This document shows positions 15,804 through 19,615 of a stretch of 19,615 nucleotides of DNA, piece after piece; the stretch's first letter is position 1, and the number at the start of each line of letters is the position of its first letter. The stretch comes from Leptolyngbyaceae cyanobacterium (GTDB taxonomy: Bacteria > Cyanobacteriota > Cyanobacteriia > Phormidesmidales > Phormidesmidaceae). The stretch covers positions 1-19,615 of the forward strand of contig JBHJHA010000114.1 of the NCBI GenBank assembly GCA_050331235.1, read 5' to 3'. Made by a program: the position numbers and the translations under genes. A model generated the notes under the pieces. The model was not told where the DNA came from and searched no databases. It saw only the letters and a list, made by a program, of their open reading frames with translations.

Positions 15804-16802
15804 CTACCAGTAGTGCGATCGGTACTCATCATAAAATCTCAAACTGCGCTGTAATCCTTCCGCCAAAGAAACTTGAGGATGCCATCCCAACACCCGCTGA
15901 GCTTTTGAGAAATTGCTGTAATAGTCGCCAATATCAATTGCTTTAAGATCAGTCGGAAAGGGCACAATTTCATATTTCCCCCGAGGCCATAGCTCAACCA
16001 TCATTTGTGCAAGGTTCTTAAGGTTGATGTGCTCTACACTCCCCAGATTGAAAACTTCGCCGTCGGCATCCTCCGATATCGCTGCCAAAAGTAGTGCATT
16101 CACAACATCATCTACGTAATTGAAATCCCGTAGCTGTGTCCCGTCTCCGTAGACCAGAATTGGTTTGCCTTCAATCAAGTTGCGGATCCAAATACCTAAA
16201 AAGGTCTGACGAGCATCTTTGACCCTCATCCGCGGGCCGTAGGTATTCGTCAGTCTCAAAGCGCAGGCACGAATGTTGTACACATTGCTGTAAAGCAGGT
16301 GATACCATTCACCAGCCAACTTGTTAATCCCATTTACATCTACAGGTCGGGTCGGATGTCGCTCGTCGACAGGTAGATAATCAGGTTTGCCATAAAGTTG
16401 ACGAGTGCTGGCAAATACCACTTTGATTGCTGGGTTGTGATGTCGGCAAGCTTCAAGAATTGACAGTTGGGCCGAGGCGTTAATAGCTAAATCTGTATGG
16501 GGATCTTGCATCGAGTCTAAGTGACTCGTTTGCCCAGCTAGGTTGAATAGATAATCTTTTTCTTGAATCAAATACTTCATCGCGTGGGGATCACGTACAT
16601 CCGCAATATTAACGGTAACGCGGCCCTTAATGCCTTCTACGTTGAAAGGATTTCCACCATATTGAGGTATCAGGCTATCTAGTAGAGTTACATGCGCCCC
16701 TAAAGCAACGAGCCTCATCGCTAATGAAGAACCAATAAATCCTAGTCCCCCAGTAATTAGAGCACGCTTTTTCTTGAGATTTGCAAAACCTTCTTCAGAC
16801 AT
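15804..16802 (-). CDS. NAD-dependent epimerase/dehydratase (extended SDR) with an atypical NxxxK active site
   Basis: 332 aa from ATG 16802, overlapping the upstream gene end by 8 nt (ORF track starts at 16844). ITGGLGFIG, FNLAG, ASTRQLYG, PVDVNGINK, RLTNTYGP, GDGTQLRDFNYVDD. Confidence 0.9.
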   Translation of the reverse strand: MSEEGFANLKKKRALITGGLGFIGSSLAMRLVALGAHVTLLDSLIPQYGGNPFNVEGIKGRVTVNIADVRDPHAMKYLIQEKDYLFNLAGQTSHLDSMQDPHTDLAINASAQLSILEACRHHNPAIKVVFASTRQLYGKPDYLPVDERHPTRPVDVNGINKLAGEWYHLLYSNVYNIRACALRLTNTYGPRMRVKDARQTFLGIWIRNLIEGKPILVYGDGTQLRDFNYVDDVVNALLLAAISEDADGEVFNLGSVEHINLKNLAQMMVELWPRGKYEIVPFPTDLKAIDIGDYYSNFSKAQRVLGWHPQVSLAEGLQRSLRFYDEYRSHYW

Positions 16803-17535
16803 CGGTTTTATGAACTGTTTTTGCAGATAAGACAACATTATCAAGATAAAAGTCTTCGTTTCTAGGCGTCACCAAGTAAAGGAATTGCCCTATCAGATTT
16901 ATAGGTCCAATCAGTAACATTAAGACTAAAACCTTAAGTTTAGAGCTTTTAATATTTACAACCTTGAAAATATATGCTCCAAACATCTGAAAAATAGCTC
17001 TAATGTCTGCAATGCTTTTTTGATGGCGAATGACCTCGAAGCCATTTCTTTCCAGTAAATCTATTAGACCAAACGAGGAATATCGAGCATAATCATTGGG
17101 CTGCTCATGCTCATCCCAGCAGAATGGTACTGTGATCAAAAGTTTTCCATTAAGTCGTAAAATCCGATGAACCTCTGCCAAAAACCTTTCAGGCTTGAAA
17201 ACATGTTCAAGGACTTGATTGATAATTACTGCATCAAATGATTCCCTTGGGAAGGGAAATCTCTCACCATCATAAAAATAATCAGCCTTTTTGTGTTCTC
17301 TATTCTCAGGAGTATCTAATTCAAGGCCGAAATAGCTGTCTGTATTGAATAAGCCCTGGTATGGTTTCTGACCGCAACCCACATCTAAAACATCCCCAGA
17401 TATTTCGCTGGAAAAATTTTGAATATGAAAGAACAATCCTTTTCGTGCGAAGAAAAAGGGGTTGACTATCAGACCTAACCAGCTAGGCTGAAATTGTTCT
17501 TTGTAAATGCGTTTCTTTATCGTTTCAATAAGCAT
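16795..17535 (-). CDS. Class I SAM-dependent methyltransferase
   Basis: 246 aa. VLDVGCG, FPFPRESFD, QVLEH, PFCWDEHEQPNDYARYS. Confidence 0.9.
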   Translation of the reverse strand: MLIETIKKRIYKEQFQPSWLGLIVNPFFFARKGLFFHIQNFSSEISGDVLDVGCGQKPYQGLFNTDSYFGLELDTPENREHKKADYFYDGERFPFPRESFDAVIINQVLEHVFKPERFLAEVHRILRLNGKLLITVPFCWDEHEQPNDYARYSSFGLIDLLERNGFEVIRHQKSIADIRAIFQMFGAYIFKVVNIKSSKLKVLVLMLLIGPINLIGQFLYLVTPRNEDFYLDNVVLSAKTVHKTDV

Positions 17536-18343
17536 TTTTCAGTTGAAGATAAAATCCCTTGAATATAGATGGAAGATTTGCTTTATCCATTGACTCAAAA
17601 TCGAAAATCAGTTCATATTTTTCCAATAGAATACTTAGGAACTTTGTTTCGCTTAAAAACCAAGCTGGGTAACTGGCAGGATAAATGTCAGGGGGGACTT
17701 TTTGTATAGTGAGGCGATCTCTACCACCCCTTGAAAAAGCCGTCCTGTCAAATATGATCTGCTCAATTTTATAGTCAATAATTTTTTCTAAAAAGTTATA
17801 GGGTGATTCAAGGTACTGAACAACAGAAGAAAGAAGCAAAAGATGAGGCGATTTTTCCTGTAGGCACTCATCAATACTGAAATAGAATTTTAAACTCTCA
17901 TCCTCAAAGTGCGATTGCCCGCATTCCACAAAATGAGGTTGTTCAACAATACTCCATTGCAAGGAGTGAAGCACTGACAGGACATCACGGCATTGATAAT
18001 AGGAACTGCCTAGCGCTCCTCCAAAGTCCAGAACACTGAGCCGCCCATCATACTTAAGGGCAGTTTGCAGTAGTCCAGCCAAGATCGGGAAGGAATACTG
18101 AACTTGGCCAAAGATAACGGAATCTCTCTCATAGACGGCTTCTCCTCGTTGGACTGCCAAACTGGCTGCTTTTACCTTTTCAAAAATGGCTGTTTGGTCA
18201 TACCCAGATGATGCAGCACAAGCTTCTTGCCAGGTAGGAAAGTCGCCGAAGAAGCCATATTTTTGCTTCCATAATTTGTAAGAGCTGACCACTATAGGTG
18301 GGAGTATCTGTCTGGCACCGGCTCTAAGCAAATTCTTTGCCAT
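17525..18343 (-). CDS. Putative methyltransferase, TIGR04325-like
   Basis: 272 aa. VYERDSV, VLDFGGALGSSY, WSIVEQ, SSVVQY, IIFDRT, YPASYPAWF. Confidence 0.8.
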   Translation of the reverse strand: MAKNLLRAGARQILPPIVVSSYKLWKQKYGFFGDFPTWQEACAASSGYDQTAIFEKVKAASLAVQRGEAVYERDSVIFGQVQYSFPILAGLLQTALKYDGRLSVLDFGGALGSSYYQCRDVLSVLHSLQWSIVEQPHFVECGQSHFEDESLKFYFSIDECLQEKSPHLLLLSSVVQYLESPYNFLEKIIDYKIEQIIFDRTAFSRGGRDRLTIQKVPPDIYPASYPAWFLSETKFLSILLEKYELIFDFESMDKANLPSIFKGFYLQLKNAY

Positions 18344-18391
18344 AAACTTTTAGTTATGCTAGATGAATTACACAATTTGGCCTCAAACTGT

Positions 18392-19330
18392 CTAGCGCTG
18401 AAATGGAAGATAAAAAAGCGTACTTATCATTCTTTTTGCTTGCACGTAATGATGCTTCATCCTTTTTCTGTTGTCCTCAAGTTTGTTTGTCTGATAGAAA
18501 TAGTCCTTGATGATATCGCGAGCCGTTTCAGATTGCTCTACGGCAATTTGAGTTGCCCCGATAGGGCTTGAGCTAATTGACACATCGTATTGACCACTAA
18601 ATAGTGTGTGTGTACCAGAAGCATCATTACCAATGTTGTGGACCAACGATCTGCCAGGATATAAAGTTAGTTTATTCTCTAAAAAAGCTGAGGCATGCCA
18701 ACGAATGGCCCAGGAGTCATTCAAGCCTTTGATTTGGTCCCTCAGCATTTTGGAGAATGAAAATGCCCCATCTAAGTCGAACTCTGACAATAAGTGATAT
18801 TTTGTAAGCTGCTGGAGTAAGTATGCTCCGTCAGGGTTAAAATGTGACCATCCTCGACGCCAAGTTGCCCATCCCCAGCAATCAGCTCCTCTTAAAAAGA
18901 AAGTTTCTGGAAGAGCCGTTTGAACCGGATAAGTATATCCATGGATGCTGATAACGCGATCGTCTTTTTGATAAAAATTCAATGCTTTATTCATATACTG
19001 AAGAAAAAATTGAGACGTTACCATATCGTCTTCTAAAACGATTATCTGCTCAAATTTTTCTAGCTGTTCAGAAACACCGGTAATGATAGAGTTTGACAGT
19101 CCAAGATTTTTTTCTCTCTCAATGACTTTCACGTCCCCAAAGCCAATGCAAGTTCTAGCAACTTGTCTTGAATCATCTATAGATTGGCGATCTGAGCTTT
19201 GCTTAGGACCATCGCAATATATAATCAGCTGAGTATTTTGAGCACCATGATTTTGAGCCAGTGCGGCTAATGTTCTACTTAAGTGAACGGGTCTATTAAA
19301 GGCAAATAGAACTACTGGATGATGAGTCAT
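18392..19330 (-). CDS. GT-A fold glycosyltransferase (GT2/GnT-I-like)
   Basis: 312 aa. VVLFAFNRP, CDGPK, NLGLSNSI, VLEDD, CWGWATW, DSWAIRW, VHNIG. Confidence 0.85.
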   Translation of the reverse strand: MTHHPVVLFAFNRPVHLSRTLAALAQNHGAQNTQLIIYCDGPKQSSDRQSIDDSRQVARTCIGFGDVKVIEREKNLGLSNSIITGVSEQLEKFEQIIVLEDDMVTSQFFLQYMNKALNFYQKDDRVISIHGYTYPVQTALPETFFLRGADCWGWATWRRGWSHFNPDGAYLLQQLTKYHLLSEFDLDGAFSFSKMLRDQIKGLNDSWAIRWHASAFLENKLTLYPGRSLVHNIGNDASGTHTLFSGQYDVSISSSPIGATQIAVEQSETARDIIKDYFYQTNKLEDNRKRMKHHYVQAKRMISTLFYLPFQR

Positions 19331-19392
19331 TTACAAGGGCTTACTCTTATCTCTAGGGAATAAGCTGTGGAGGACTGAAAATAAGCGCTTCT

Positions 19393-19615
19393 CTATAAGC
19401 CTCGAAAATTCATCAGGGTATGAATTCTGAGTGGGGTCAGTATAGAGAGTGTCAGCATCCGGAAGGTTTTCCAGAGGCTTTTGTTTGATAGGCAAGATAT
19501 ATAGCCGGCAAAAGCATAGGCTACGACTGTTGCGATCGCCGCCCCAATCCCCCCGTTAGTAGGAATAAGTATAGTATTAAAGACAATTTTAATTAAGCAG
19601 CCAATAAAAATACAC
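19393..19615 (-). CDS. wzx: Polysaccharide flippase, C-terminal end (partial; start lies beyond the window)
   Basis: Hand translation: ...CIFIGCLIKIVFNTILIPTNGGIGAAIATVVAYAFAGYISCLSNKSLWKTFRMLTLSILTPLRIHTLMNFRGL*, TAG at 19395-19393. NxxLIPxxGxxGAAIAT is typical of Wzx/MOP C-termini. Confidence 0.78.
   Translation of the reverse strand, partial: CIFIGCLIKIVFNTILIPTNGGIGAAIATVVAYAFAGYISCLSNKSLWKTFRMLTLSILTPLRIHTLMNFRGL

Larger units (their letters stand above)
539..19539. repeat. HIP1 octamer GCGATCGC, dispersed (16 exact copies by hand count)
   Basis: Copies start at 539, 1244, 1914, 2863, 3750, 4425, 6494, 6947, 11033, 11669, 12859, 13470, 14742, 14916, 15187 and 19532. Chance expectation is below one copy per 20 kb. 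Confidence 0.92.

Noticed and set aside
678..18797. Short ORF-track entries nested in or antisense to the main genes (e.g. 678-902, 1376-1582, 3295-3528, 6895-7218, 10715-11005, 11168-11533, 15424-15663, 18356-18571)
   Set aside because: They overlap well-supported genes in other frames or strands and show no recognisable motifs.
19407..19426. Inverted repeat AATTCAT-N6-ATGAATT
   Set aside because: AT-rich, weak and inside the flippase coding sequence; likely chance.

Overview
Cyanobacterial chromosomal window: 16 hand-counted HIP1 GCGATCGC sites plus the cyanobacterial genes ebsA and mgdA. The left ~7.2 kb is core-like: a truncated TonB/TolA-like membrane-anchored protein, a probably exported calcineurin-like metallophosphoesterase, the minus-strand cluster ebsA - Pta-like (BioD-like/DRTGG) - DprA/SLOG-like - MAPEG, and mgdA. 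The right ~12.4 kb is all minus strand: the distal part of a Wzx-type surface polysaccharide cluster (flippase end, five glycosyltransferases, two methyltransferases, an atypical SDR, a DegT aminotransferase), a 640-bp stem-rich spacer, and an MBOAT plus SGNH-like acyl-transfer pair. I saw no tRNA, rRNA, CRISPR array or transposase, and no clearly new system can be proven from the sequence. The best leads are the SDR with NxxxK in place of YxxxK beside DegT and two methyltransferases, the MBOAT-SGNH module with its C-terminal Tyr motif, an unannotated 21-codon ORF abutting the MBOAT start, and the structured spacer. All calls come from reading motifs by eye; no searches were run.
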